Part shown: positions 1-8,915 of the stretch, in pieces
Layout: the number at the start of each line of letters is the position of its first letter
Numbering within the stretch: position 1 is the stretch's first letter
Assembly: GCA_963713045.1 (NCBI GenBank)
Contig: CAVQKE010000001.1
Span: forward strand, 512,001 to 576,000
DNA length: 64,000 nt
Reading direction: 5' to 3'
Origin: an uncultured delta proteobacterium
GTDB taxonomy: Bacteria > Myxococcota > Myxococcia > Myxococcales > Myxococcaceae
The notes under the pieces: generated by a model
Told to the model about the DNA's origin: nothing
Seen by the model: the letters and a program-made list of their open reading frames with translations, nothing else
Databases searched by the model: none
Position numbers and translations under genes: made by a program

Positions 1-402
1 CCGGTGGACGTGCCGTTTGCGCGCGGCAGCTACTATTGCCACTACCAAGGCTGCGAGCGGCGGGTCGGGGTGCGGGTGGTGGCGCACGCGGCTGCACCCT
101 CCGCGGTCCAAGCCGTCATCGACCGCCTGGTCGCGGCCAACGTCGGCCGCAACACCACCGTCGTTTGGTCCGCCCCCCCGGTCGACACCCCCCTTCAACG
201 CTCTTCGCTGGTGTTTTGCCCCAGTGGAGGGGACCTCGCCCGCCAAGGTGCGCAGACGACGGCGATGGACCTCGCGCCGTTGGCCTGGCTCGGTCCCCTC
301 AGCCCCACCGCAGCCACTGGCAACGACTGCCTCTGGGACGTCGAGGTGACGGTGGCGGACAGCGTGGCCATTTCAGGAGCGGCGCCCCGGCCGCCGCCGT
401 GA
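1..402 (+). CDS. Hypothetical protein, 3' part (5' end probably outside window)
   Basis: Open frame from the window edge to TGA 400-402. The stop overlaps the GTG of the next gene (GTGA). No recognisable motif. Confidence 0.5.
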   Translation, partial: PVDVPFARGSYYCHYQGCERRVGVRVVAHAAAPSAVQAVIDRLVAANVGRNTTVVWSAPPVDTPLQRSSLVFCPSGGDLARQGAQTTAMDLAPLAWLGPLSPTAATGNDCLWDVEVTVADSVAISGAAPRPPP

Positions 403-1583
403 GCCACATTGCCGCCCGGGTGCGCGAGTTACCCGGCACCATCTTCTCGGAATTCAGCGCCCTGGCCGCTCGCACCGGCGCGGTCAACCTGGGACAGGGC
501 TTCCCTGACTTCGACGGCCCCGAGGAAGTGCGCGAGGCGGCGGTCCGCGCCCTGCGAGGGGGCGTCAACCAATATGCACTGGGCGCAGGCAGCCTCAACC
601 TGAGGCGCGCCATCGCCGAGCACGCGGCCCGCTTCCACCAGCACCACGTCGACCCGGAGCGGGACGTCACCGTCACCGCCGGAGCCACCGAGGCGCTGTT
701 TGACGCCTTGCTTGGCCTCCTGGACGCCGGGGATGAGGCCGTCCTGTTTGAGCCCTTCTACGACTCCTATGCCGCGGCAGTGGCCATGGCCGGCGCCCGG
801 GTGCGGCCGGTGAGGCTTCGACCGCCGGAAGGTGGGCAAGGCAACTGGTGGTACGAGCCTTCCGAGTTGGAGGCCGCCTTCGGCCCAAAGACGCGGGTGG
901 TGGTGGTGAATTCTCCCCACAACCCCACTGGGAAGGTGTTTTCCCAAAGCGAACTCGAAGCCATCGCCGACTGCTGCCTCCGCCACGACGCGGTGGTAGT
1001 GACCGACGAGGTGTACGAGCACCTGGTCTACCCACCGGCGCGGCACCTGCGGCTGGCCACCCTGCCGGGCATGGCGGAGCGCACGCTGACCGTCAGCAGC
1101 GGCGGAAAAAGCTTCAGCTACACCGGCTGGAAGGTGGGGTGGGCGATTGGGCCACCGCTGTTGGGACGGGCGGTGGCGCTGCCGCACCAGTACGTGACGT
1201 TTGCCGTCGCCGCGCCGTTGCAAGAAGCCATCGCCCTGGCCCTCCGACTTCCGGACGCGTACTTCCAAGGGCTGGTGGAGGCCTATGCCGAGCGCCGCGA
1301 CCGCCTGCTGGCCAGTCTCCGCACGGCTGGACTGCAGCCCTGGGCCCCCCAAGGGGCTTATTTCCTGTGTGCCGACGTCAGCGGCTTCGGCCACCCCAGC
1401 GACAACGCCTGGTGCCGGTGGTTGGCGACTGAGGTGGGCGTGGCGGCCATCCCCCTGTCTGCCTTTTATGCACGGCCGGACCTCGCGCCCCAAGTCGCGC
1501 GCTTTGCCTTTTGCAAGACGGACGCCGTCCTGGACGAGGCCGCACGCCGGTTGGGCCGGCTCGCCAGTCCGCGACTCCCCTAA
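399..1583 (+). CDS. PLP-dependent class I/II aminotransferase (YbdL/methionine-kynurenine/DapC-like)
   Basis: Motifs AVNLGQGFPDF, NSPHNPTGKV, DEVYEH, SSGGKSFSYTGWKVGW (PLP lysine) and RFAFCK. GTG 399 is coupled to the upstream stop. Confidence 0.92.
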   Translation: MSHIAARVRELPGTIFSEFSALAARTGAVNLGQGFPDFDGPEEVREAAVRALRGGVNQYALGAGSLNLRRAIAEHAARFHQHHVDPERDVTVTAGATEALFDALLGLLDAGDEAVLFEPFYDSYAAAVAMAGARVRPVRLRPPEGGQGNWWYEPSELEAAFGPKTRVVVVNSPHNPTGKVFSQSELEAIADCCLRHDAVVVTDEVYEHLVYPPARHLRLATLPGMAERTLTVSSGGKSFSYTGWKVGWAIGPPLLGRAVALPHQYVTFAVAAPLQEAIALALRLPDAYFQGLVEAYAERRDRLLASLRTAGLQPWAPQGAYFLCADVSGFGHPSDNAWCRWLATEVGVAAIPLSAFYARPDLAPQVARFAFCKTDAVLDEAARRLGRLASPRLP

Positions 1584-1601
1584 AGCGCGGGGCCCGTTGC
1601 C

Positions 1602-1612
1602 GCGCTACATTG
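1602..1612 (+). promoter_or_regulatory. Candidate housekeeping -10 region (GCGCTACATTG) for hflX
   Basis: TACATT fits TAnnnT. The identical 11-mer lies on the minus strand upstream of gpsA (21345-21355). Confidence 0.35.
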
Positions 1613-1676
1613 CTGGCACCTCCCATGGCGCGGCTACCGTCGGGCGCGCCGCGAGAGGGAAGGAGAGACCGCCCCT

Positions 1677-3404
1677 CTGAACGACATCGCCGGCAACACC
1701 CTCGGACTCAAGCCCAGCGAGCTGCAGCGACTGCGTAACACCTATCGCCGCCGCGTCTCTGCCCATGAAATTGTGAGCGCCGAGCTGGCCCGCCACCTGA
1801 CTGAGCTTTCCCGCGACACCCACCGTCAGCTGGGTGTCTTGCTCAACCGCAAGGGCGAGGTGGAGCAAGTGGTGGTGGGAGACGCGCAGAAGCTGGAGCT
1901 GCCGGACATTGGGCGCGCCCGCGCCGGCCAAGTCCGCCTCCGCGGACTGCGCCTCGTCCATACCCACCTCAAGTCCGAGCCCCTGACCCGCGACGACCTC
2001 ACCGACTTGGCCCTTTTGCGCTTGGATTTGGTGGCAGCGGTGGGTGTCCTGGACGACGGGTTGCCCGGCGTCCTGCACTGGGCGCACTTGGTACCTGCCA
2101 ACGGCGACGGCAGCTACTGGCACACCGAAACGCTGAATGACGTGCATGGCCAGCAGCCGGACCTGGCCTCGACCCTGGCCGCACTGGAAGACGAGCTGGC
2201 GCGCGGCGCGCCGGTGCGCTCGGTGGCGGGCGCTGAGCGAGCCATTCTGGTCGCAGTCTGCATCGACGGAGACCGCGGGGCGGCCGAGGCGTCCCTGCAC
2301 GAGCTGGGGGAACTGGCCCGCACGGCCGGCGTAGAGGTGCTCGACTCCATCCTCCAAATCCGCCGTCAGCCCGACCCGCGCTATTTGGTGGGCAAGGGCA
2401 AGCTGCAGGAACTGGTGCTGCGCTCGATGCAGCTGGTGGCCGACGTCATCGTCCTCGACCGGGACCTCAGCCCGTCGCAGAGCCGCCACATTGCCGAGGA
2501 AACCAGCCTCAAGGTGCTCGACCGCACCCAGCTGATTCTCGACATTTTCGCTCAACGCGCCCAGAGCGCCGACGGCAAGCTGCAGGTGGAGCTGGCGCAG
2601 CTGAAGTACCTGCTGCCGCGCCTCAGCCAGCGCGACGATTCGCTGTCCCGCCTCGCCGGCGGCATCGGCGGCCGTGGACCGGGCGAAACCAAACTGGAAG
2701 TGGACCGGCGCCGGGTGCGCGACCGCATCGCCCACCTCGACCGGCGCATCGGCCAGCTATCCAGCGAACGCCAAGTGCGCCGCGGCCGGCGCCAGCGGAG
2801 GGAGCTGCCCGTCATCTCCATCGTCGGCTACACCAACGCCGGCAAGTCCACCCTCCTCAACGCTCTCACCCACTCCACCACGCTGGTGGAAGACAAGCTG
2901 TTTGCCACCCTCGACCCGACCAGCCGACGCCTCCGCTTCCCCGAGGAGCGCGAAGTCATCATCACCGACACCGTGGGCTTCATTCGAGACCTGCCCAAGG
3001 ACTTGCTCGCCGCCTTTCGCGCCACCCTGGAGGAGTTGGACGACGCGGACCTGCTGCTGCACGTGGTGGACGCGGCGGACCTGGCGCGCGATGCGCAGGT
3101 CACCGCGGTGGAGCGCATCCTCGAATCCCTCGGGCTGCAGGCCACGCCCCGGCTTCTGGTGTGGAACAAAGCCGACCGGGTGGAGGCTGACGAACTGGCC
3201 CTTTTGCTTCGCACCCGGGGCGGCGTGGCGGTAAGCGCACTGGCCGGCCAAGGGTTGGAAGCGCTCCTCCTCAAAGCGGACCGGACCCTGTTTGCCGAAG
3301 GGTCCGCCGAGCGCCTGGGGACGGTGCACGCCGAGTTGCCGTCCGGGCTGCCCCTGCCACGGGCGGAAGCAACGTCCTCCCTTTTCTTCCCCCCGGAGGC
3401 TTAG
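1677..3404 (+). CDS. hflX: Ribosome-splitting GTPase HflX (long N-terminal form)
   Basis: DRTQLILDIFAQRA, GIGGRGPGETKLE, G1 GYTNAGKS, LFATLDPT, DTVGFI, NKAD. The conserved-looking N-terminus (GNTLGLKPSELQRLRNTYRRR) extends upstream of GTG 1773 to CTG 1677, behind GGAAGGAG. Confidence 0.93.
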   Translation: MNDIAGNTLGLKPSELQRLRNTYRRRVSAHEIVSAELARHLTELSRDTHRQLGVLLNRKGEVEQVVVGDAQKLELPDIGRARAGQVRLRGLRLVHTHLKSEPLTRDDLTDLALLRLDLVAAVGVLDDGLPGVLHWAHLVPANGDGSYWHTETLNDVHGQQPDLASTLAALEDELARGAPVRSVAGAERAILVAVCIDGDRGAAEASLHELGELARTAGVEVLDSILQIRRQPDPRYLVGKGKLQELVLRSMQLVADVIVLDRDLSPSQSRHIAEETSLKVLDRTQLILDIFAQRAQSADGKLQVELAQLKYLLPRLSQRDDSLSRLAGGIGGRGPGETKLEVDRRRVRDRIAHLDRRIGQLSSERQVRRGRRQRRELPVISIVGYTNAGKSTLLNALTHSTTLVEDKLFATLDPTSRRLRFPEEREVIITDTVGFIRDLPKDLLAAFRATLEELDDADLLLHVVDAADLARDAQVTAVERILESLGLQATPRLLVWNKADRVEADELALLLRTRGGVAVSALAGQGLEALLLKADRTLFAEGSAERLGTVHAELPSGLPLPRAEATSSLFFPPEA

Positions 3405-3428
3405 GCCAAGGACGGCGCCGCTTCCGGG

Positions 3429-5755
3429 CTAAAAGTACAGGGTGGCGGTGGCGTACACCGCAATCGGCGCGCCGGGGGTGAAGGTGATGCCGGTCACCGC
3501 CGTCTTCTGGTTGTAAGGCGCTTCGACGACTTGGTAGGTGGTGGCGAATTGTGCCTCGCGCCAGGTGGAGTTGAAAAGGTTGTTGATGGCCAGCCCAACC
3601 TCGACAAAACGCCATCGGTAAGCACCATACAGGTCGACGATGAAGTAGCCCGTCGCCGTCAGGGTGCCTTCGGTGTTGGCCGGCCGGTCCCCCACCCACC
3701 GCGCACCCAGCCGAGCCCGCAAGCCCGGCAGCCAGCTCGGGTGAAACAGACTGAGTCCGGCCTGGCCGGTGAACGTCGGTGCCAGCGCCACCGCGTTCCC
3801 GTTCCCGTAATTCTCGGTGTAGACGGCGTGGGCCAGCGAGGTGTCGAAGTCCGCCCACAACCAACTCAAAATTTGGTACCGGGCCTCGAAGTCAAAGCCA
3901 TAGCGGTTGGTGGGTCCGGCAGGCTCCGTCGTCCCGACGTCGGCATTGAAGACGAATTCCGACTGCAGATGCAGGTACCAAAGCGCGCCGGCCAGGTCGA
4001 GCTTCCCGTCCACCAACGACAGCCGTGTCCCGAGTTCGGCCCCGGTGGCGCGCGGGAGGGCGCCGACGCCATTGGTGGCCACGACCACTCGGGCGTCGTT
4101 GCTGTGAAAGCCGCCGCCGGCGTCGAGGTAGATGTCCCAAATGGGAATGGGGGTGAAGACGGCCTGCAGTTTGGGGTTGACGATGGCCTTCTGAATGACG
4201 GCCGTGCCCTGGTTGGGCTCGACCCCGGCTGGAGGAGGCGAGGGGTTGTAGGGCAGCTGGTTGGTGACGTTCCATTCGAAGAGGTCCGAGCGCAGCCCCA
4301 ACAGCACCCGCGCCCAGGGGCTGAAGCGGACATCCTCCTGGGCGAAGACCGACAAGTCCGACTGCACGATGTCCGCATCGTCACAGGGGTTGGGCACCGC
4401 TGGAACGGTGGCGCCATCAAAGGTGGTGGCAGGGGTGCAGTCGGCTAAGCGCACCCGCTGCTTCACGTGCCACAAGGCGACGTTCATCGAATCCAGGCGC
4501 GCCTGGGCACCGAGCTCCGTCACGGTGCGCACCTCAGCGAAGTTGATGCGCTTGCGGTACAGGGCGTTGAAGCCCAGGTAGTAGCGCTGGTCGTCCTGCT
4601 CGATTTCGTCGAAGTTTGCCGCGTCGACCCACTGGAAGGTGAAGTCGTTGAAGAGGCGCAGCGAGTAGCGAACGAAGTAGGCGCTGACCAGAATCTGGTC
4701 CGAATAGGACGGACGGCTCTCCAGCGTGAGGACCAGCATCTGCCGCTGCGTCTGGCCGCCCTCGGTGGGGTCGATGGCACCAAATTCCGGGAGCTGCCCA
4801 GATTGGACGAATTGGAGGGGAATCTGTCCGCTGGCACTCCACTGCGAGCCGTAGGCAGTCCCGAGAAGCGTGATGCGGGTGCTGGGGTTGACGTTGAAGG
4901 TCGACTTGAGAAACAGGTTGTAGCGAAACAGGCCTTCCGGGTTGATGAAGGGCCCGTTGGTTCCGTACATCTCAGCGGCGAACCAGGTCGGCGAATCCTT
5001 CCCGCCGGGACTGGCGACGCCGAGGACGCGCCAGGTGTCGAAGGAGCCGTACTCGCCGGTGACCGAGTTCTCGGCGAAGCTGCGCCGGGTGCGAAGGTTG
5101 ATTGCGCCGGCCGTGTCGAAGTCGCCGGTTTCGACGAAGTAGGGGCCCTTGGTGACTTCCACCCGGTCAATGGCCTCGGGAATCAGAAAATGGAGGTCCG
5201 AAAACCCCTGCCCATGGCCATTGCTGGGCAGGTTGATGGGGACGCCATCGATGTAAAAGGCGATGTCCGTCCCGTGGTCCGCGTCGAAGCCGCGGAGAAA
5301 GTACTGGTCGGCCTTCCCGCCCCCCTGGTGCTGGGCGATGACCAAACCGGGAACGACGCGCAGGATGTCCTCCGGCGTCGGGTAGAACCTCAGCTCGAGG
5401 TCTCGCTCGCGAATGGTGTCCGCAGAAGCGGTGGAGGTGGGTGCCGGCGCTTCGACCACCGACTCAAACATGGACGGCTGCGTGGCGGCCGGCGGTGCCG
5501 TCAGCAGTGGCCCGCCAGCGGCGGGGGCTGGGGCGGCGCGCCCGGCGGCGGCGCCACCGGCGCGCTCGGCGGAATCAGCTCGGGCTCCGGCGCCATCGCT
5601 CCCTCCGGTAGCGCGGCCGGCCCGCTGGCTGGGCCCGGGGACACCGAGGAGGGCTCCGGAGGCGGAAGCGCAGCCGCCGGCGCCGGCTGCGCATCGGCTG
5701 CAGCAGCGAGGCAGAGCAGCACAAGCAGAAGGCATGCCCGCAGCGCCCAGGGCAT
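3429..5755 (-). CDS. TonB-dependent outer-membrane receptor, putative Ni/Co/Cu type. Interrupted by a frameshift near 5510-5560 (pseudogene or assembly indel).
   Basis: Plug motif VPGLVIAQHQGGGKADQYFLRGFDADHGTD, IDRVEVTKGPY, NNLFN and C-terminal Phe lie in the frame ending at 3429. The signal peptide MPWALRACLLLVLLCLAAAADA is in another frame (5501..5800). Confidence 0.88.
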
Positions 5756-5854
5756 GGATGACCGGGTGAGCACAAGGCTCGCCCGCACGAAGAAGGGCAT
5801 GCAAATCCCGAGGTGAAGGGTAGGGCCAGACGACGCTCGACACGTCGACTGCCG

Positions 5855-6238
5855 CTACGGTGCGCCGGGGACTTCTGGGCGCCGCCAACGCCGAAGCAGG
5901 GGCGTCCGCCACGCCGGAAGCACCGCCGTCTGCAGCCGGCGGAGCACCGCCATCACGGCCAGGCAAGTCGCGGCCGCGAAGAGGGCAAGCCGCAGGTGCT
6001 CCAGTCCGCCCGGCGAATGCCGGTGGGAAGGCGGACGCGGTGGGAATGGCTGTCCGCGTTCGCCACCCGCATGCCCAACCCAGTTTTGGTCGGCGCTTTC
6101 CTGTACCCGCGGCTCGCCATGCGCAAGGACAGCGTGCGCCACGGGCCCGGCACCCAACCCCCAGCCGAGCAGCAGCAGTCCGACCGGTGCCATTTGCAGC
6201 CGCCGCTGGCGCTCGGGCGATGGGACAGGGGGCTTCAC
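5855..6238 (-). CDS. Small His-containing exported/leader protein upstream of the TBDR (DUF2946/CruR-like position)
   Basis: Hydrophobic N-region, HAVLAH and HRHSPGGLEHL motifs, second hydrophobic stretch, Arg/Pro-rich end RRWRRPEVPGAP. Co-oriented immediately upstream of the TBDR. Confidence 0.55.
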   Translation of the reverse strand: MKPPVPSPERQRRLQMAPVGLLLLGWGLGAGPVAHAVLAHGEPRVQESADQNWVGHAGGERGQPFPPRPPSHRHSPGGLEHLRLALFAAATCLAVMAVLRRLQTAVLPAWRTPLLRRWRRPEVPGAP

Positions 6239-6271
6239 GTCACCTCAGTTGCTGGGGCCTTCGGGTGGCAT

Positions 6272-6296
6272 TACGCGGACCGGTCCATCCCGGATG
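6272..6296 (-). promoter_or_regulatory. ECF-sigma-type promoter CATCC-N16-CGTA for the leader-TBDR unit
   Basis: The minus strand reads GCATCC gggatggaccggtccg CGTA, with the same motif and spacing as 7481-7505. Confidence 0.55.
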
Positions 6297-6356
6297 CAAT
6301 GCCAACCTGCTTTGACAGGTCCGAGTTTGGCCGTCCCACGTACAGTGCGTGCAGAA

Positions 6357-7448
6357 ATGCAGCCCCCCGCCCACGCCCGACCTGCTTTTCGCCGCAGCGT
6401 GGCAGCCTTCGTCGGCTGGGCGTTGCTGGTGGCGACGCCAGCGGCCGCGCACCTGACGCGCATCTCCACCAGCGACTGGACATTGGAGGGGGGCGCGGCC
6501 GCTGCCGAACTGCAATTCTTTCAGGGAGACTTCCTCGCCCTGGTTCCTCCTGGAGCCTCCGAGTCGGAGCTGGCCGCCCGGGTGCTTTCCCTGGTGACGG
6601 ACACCACAACGGTACGCGTCGGCAACGCGCCGTGCGCCCTCCGGAGTCGCACCATCGCCCCGAGCGGCGACGGTTGGTCCATCCAGGCCGCTTGGGCGTG
6701 CGCGGGCAAGGGTGAGCGCTGGACATTGACCTTGGGGGTGCTCGAGCTGCTCCCTCCAGGCCACACCCACCTGGCCCGAGTGACGGTGGGTGGCGAAGTC
6801 GTCGAGCGCATCGCCCGCAGCACCGCACCCACCATCGAAGTCGCGGCCAACCCGTCGGTTTGGTCAGCGGCGTGGCGCTTCTTGCGCCTTGGCGTTGAGC
6901 ATATTTTTACCGGCTACGACCACATCGCCTTCCTTCTGGCGCTGCTGCTGTTGGGCGGACGCTTCGTGGACTTGGTGAAAATTGTCACCAGCTTCACCAT
7001 CGCCCATTCGGTGACGCTGGCGCTGGCGGCCCTCGGCCTGCTGAACCCTCCCTCCCGCTGGGTGGAAGCGCTCATCGCGGTCAGCATCATCGCGGTGGCA
7101 GCGGAGAACCTTTGGGTGCTCCGCGGGACACCGGGGGCCAGCGCTCGGGTCGCGGTTGCGCTACGGCATCGCTGGCGCATCACCTTCGCCTTCGGCCTGG
7201 TGCACGGGTTTGGCTTCGCCAGTGCGCTTCAGGAGCTGAGGCTGCCGCGCTCGGCGCTGGTCGCCGGGCTGGTGTCCTTTAACCTGGGGGTGGAAGTGGG
7301 CCAGGTCAGCATCGTCGCCCTTGCCTTTCCGGTGCTGAGCTGGCTGCGAACGTTGCCCCATTTCCAACCGCGGGGGCCGCGACTCCTCTCAGCAGCCATC
7401 GCCGCCTTCGGCCTGGCGTTGCTCGTCCTGCGCCTACGGGGCGGTTAG
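6357..7448 (+). CDS. HupE/UreJ family (HupE_UreJ_2) membrane protein with periplasmic N-domain
   Basis: Signal ending TPAAA|H. Motifs LGVEHIFTGYDHIAFLLAL, TSFTIAHSVTL, FGLVHGFGFA and FNLGVEVGQ. Confidence 0.9.
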   Translation: MQPPAHARPAFRRSVAAFVGWALLVATPAAAHLTRISTSDWTLEGGAAAAELQFFQGDFLALVPPGASESELAARVLSLVTDTTTVRVGNAPCALRSRTIAPSGDGWSIQAAWACAGKGERWTLTLGVLELLPPGHTHLARVTVGGEVVERIARSTAPTIEVAANPSVWSAAWRFLRLGVEHIFTGYDHIAFLLALLLLGGRFVDLVKIVTSFTIAHSVTLALAALGLLNPPSRWVEALIAVSIIAVAAENLWVLRGTPGASARVAVALRHRWRITFAFGLVHGFGFASALQELRLPRSALVAGLVSFNLGVEVGQVSIVALAFPVLSWLRTLPHFQPRGPRLLSAAIAAFGLALLVLRLRGG

Positions 7449-7462
7449 CCCTCGGTTAGCCC
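7442..7462. repeat. 10-bp direct repeat CGGTTAGCCC with 11-bp period
   Basis: Copies at 7442-7451 and 7453-7462. The first contains the hupE stop codon. Confidence 0.6.
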
Positions 7463-7480
7463 CCCGCAAGACACGCCATA

Positions 7481-7505
7481 CATCCATCTCTCGGCATGGG
7501 CCGTA
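7481..7505 (+). promoter_or_regulatory. ECF-sigma (SigK-like) promoter CATCC-N16-CGTA for the DUF4331 operon
   Basis: ACATCC-N15-CCGTA ends 45 nt before ATG 7551. It resembles the mycobacterial SigK consensus CCATCC-N15-CCGAA. Confidence 0.55.
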
Positions 7506-7550
7506 CCAGAGGCGCCGGCAGTCGTGCCGCGTCGCTTTTGGAGGAATCCC

Positions 7551-8276
7551 ATGAACTTGAAGACCTTGGGGTGGTCGGCGCTGGCCGTCGCCCTGTTGGC
7601 ACCCTTGGCATTGGCCGCAGACCATCAGGACGGGCCTGCCGCCACAGCGGACCCAGCCGCAGACATCACCGACATTCTGGCCTGGATGAGCTCGGACGCG
7701 ACGAAGGTCAACCTGGTGATGAACGTCTATCCGTTCGCCACCAGCACCGCGCAGTTCTCCAACACCGTGCAGTACGTCTTCCACACCTCGAGTCAGCCCG
7801 CTTATGGAGGGACGGTGGGAGGCAGCGTGAACGTCATCTGCACCTTCGACACCTCTCACAACATCAGCTGCTGGGCGGGCACGGAGTACGTCACTGGCAA
7901 TGCCAACCTGTCGTCTGGCTTGAGCAGCGCTGACGGCAAGATGACTGTGTTTGCGGGTCCTCGCGCTGACCCATTTTTCTTCAACCTCGACGGCTTCAAA
8001 AGTGTCGCGGCGGACGTCGCCTCAGCCCTTGCCACCAGCCCTCTCCCCTTCACCGTGAACACCAATGGCTGCCCGGACCTTGGGACGCTGGGGAGCCCCT
8101 CGTCAATTTCCACCGCCTTGGTCAACCAGCTGATGTCCGCGCCGGATGGCGGTCCGCCGATGGACCACTTCGTGGACGCCACCGTTCTCTCCATCGTCGT
8201 CCAACTCGACAAGTCCATCCTCACTGCCGGCGGTCCGGTGGTGAGCGTTTGGGCTGCCACCCACATGTCTCCGTGA
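7551..8276 (+). CDS. Secreted DUF4331-family protein, N-terminal half
   Basis: SD GAGGA, signal ...APLALA|ADHQDG, and motifs DPAADITD and VFAGPRADPFFF. Confidence 0.82.
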   Translation: MNLKTLGWSALAVALLAPLALAADHQDGPAATADPAADITDILAWMSSDATKVNLVMNVYPFATSTAQFSNTVQYVFHTSSQPAYGGTVGGSVNVICTFDTSHNISCWAGTEYVTGNANLSSGLSSADGKMTVFAGPRADPFFFNLDGFKSVAADVASALATSPLPFTVNTNGCPDLGTLGSPSSISTALVNQLMSAPDGGPPMDHFVDATVLSIVVQLDKSILTAGGPVVSVWAATHMSP

Positions 8277-8290
8277 GGAACGCCACCACC

Positions 8291-8911
8291 ATGAAACGCA
8301 CCGCGACTCTCCTCGGCTTGCTCGTTCTTGTCGCTTGCAGCAGCAGTAGCACCCCGGACGCCGGAGCTCCGGCCGCGCCGACGCTGGGCACCACCATCGT
8401 CGACCGGATGGGCAGGGCCGGCGTCAATACCGCCTTGACCGACCCATTCAATGACCTCGGCTCGGCCACGCCTCCCTACACCGAGTCTGCGGCCAAGGAC
8501 CATTACAACTCCATCAGCGACCCCACCCAGTGGAGCAGCAATTTCAAGAGCTGGATTGAAAGCAACATCGCCATTCTCGACGGCTTGGACGGCGTCTGCG
8601 GCAACCAGTTCATCTTCAACTTCATGGGGAGCGGCGCTTACAGCACGCTGGCCAGCGTCCTGGTGGATGACCGGCTGTACGTCAACACCGCCAGTGGCAC
8701 GTGCACCACCTACCTGGGAGTGGAAGCCAACTACGTCGGTGTCACCAATACGGACTGCGGTGGACGGACGCCTCTGGAAAACACCATCGATGAGACCTAC
8801 TCCCTGTTGGCGATTGGGGCACTGACTGGCGTCACCAACGGCATCACCTCGAGCGGCACTGCCACCGCCAGCCTCAACGTCTTTCCTTTCCTCCAGCCGC
8901 CCCCGAACTGA
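8291..8911 (+). CDS. DUF4331-family lipoprotein, C-terminal half
   Basis: Lipobox LVAC. Motifs DRMGRAGVNTAL, GGRTPLENTID and terminal FPFL are typical of the DUF4331 C-region. Confidence 0.78.
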   Translation: MKRTATLLGLLVLVACSSSSTPDAGAPAAPTLGTTIVDRMGRAGVNTALTDPFNDLGSATPPYTESAAKDHYNSISDPTQWSSNFKSWIESNIAILDGLDGVCGNQFIFNFMGSGAYSTLASVLVDDRLYVNTASGTCTTYLGVEANYVGVTNTDCGGRTPLENTIDETYSLLAIGALTGVTNGITSSGTATASLNVFPFLQPPPN

Positions 8912-8915
8912 AAAC

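Noticed and set aside
36..398. 5' extension of the aminotransferase ORF (also the extensions of lctP from 9901, the kinase from 21291, mtsD from 32269 and mtsE from 34167)
   Set aside because: These are Arg/Pro-rich non-homologous stretches overlapping neighbouring genes. Downstream starts have SD sequences or stop-start coupling.
5501..5503. TGA after ...GHC as a selenocysteine or readthrough codon
   Set aside because: The receptor continues in a different frame, so readthrough would not restore it.
6312..6346. TTGACA...TACAGT sigma70 promoter for hupE
   Set aside because: The spacer is 23 nt, too long.
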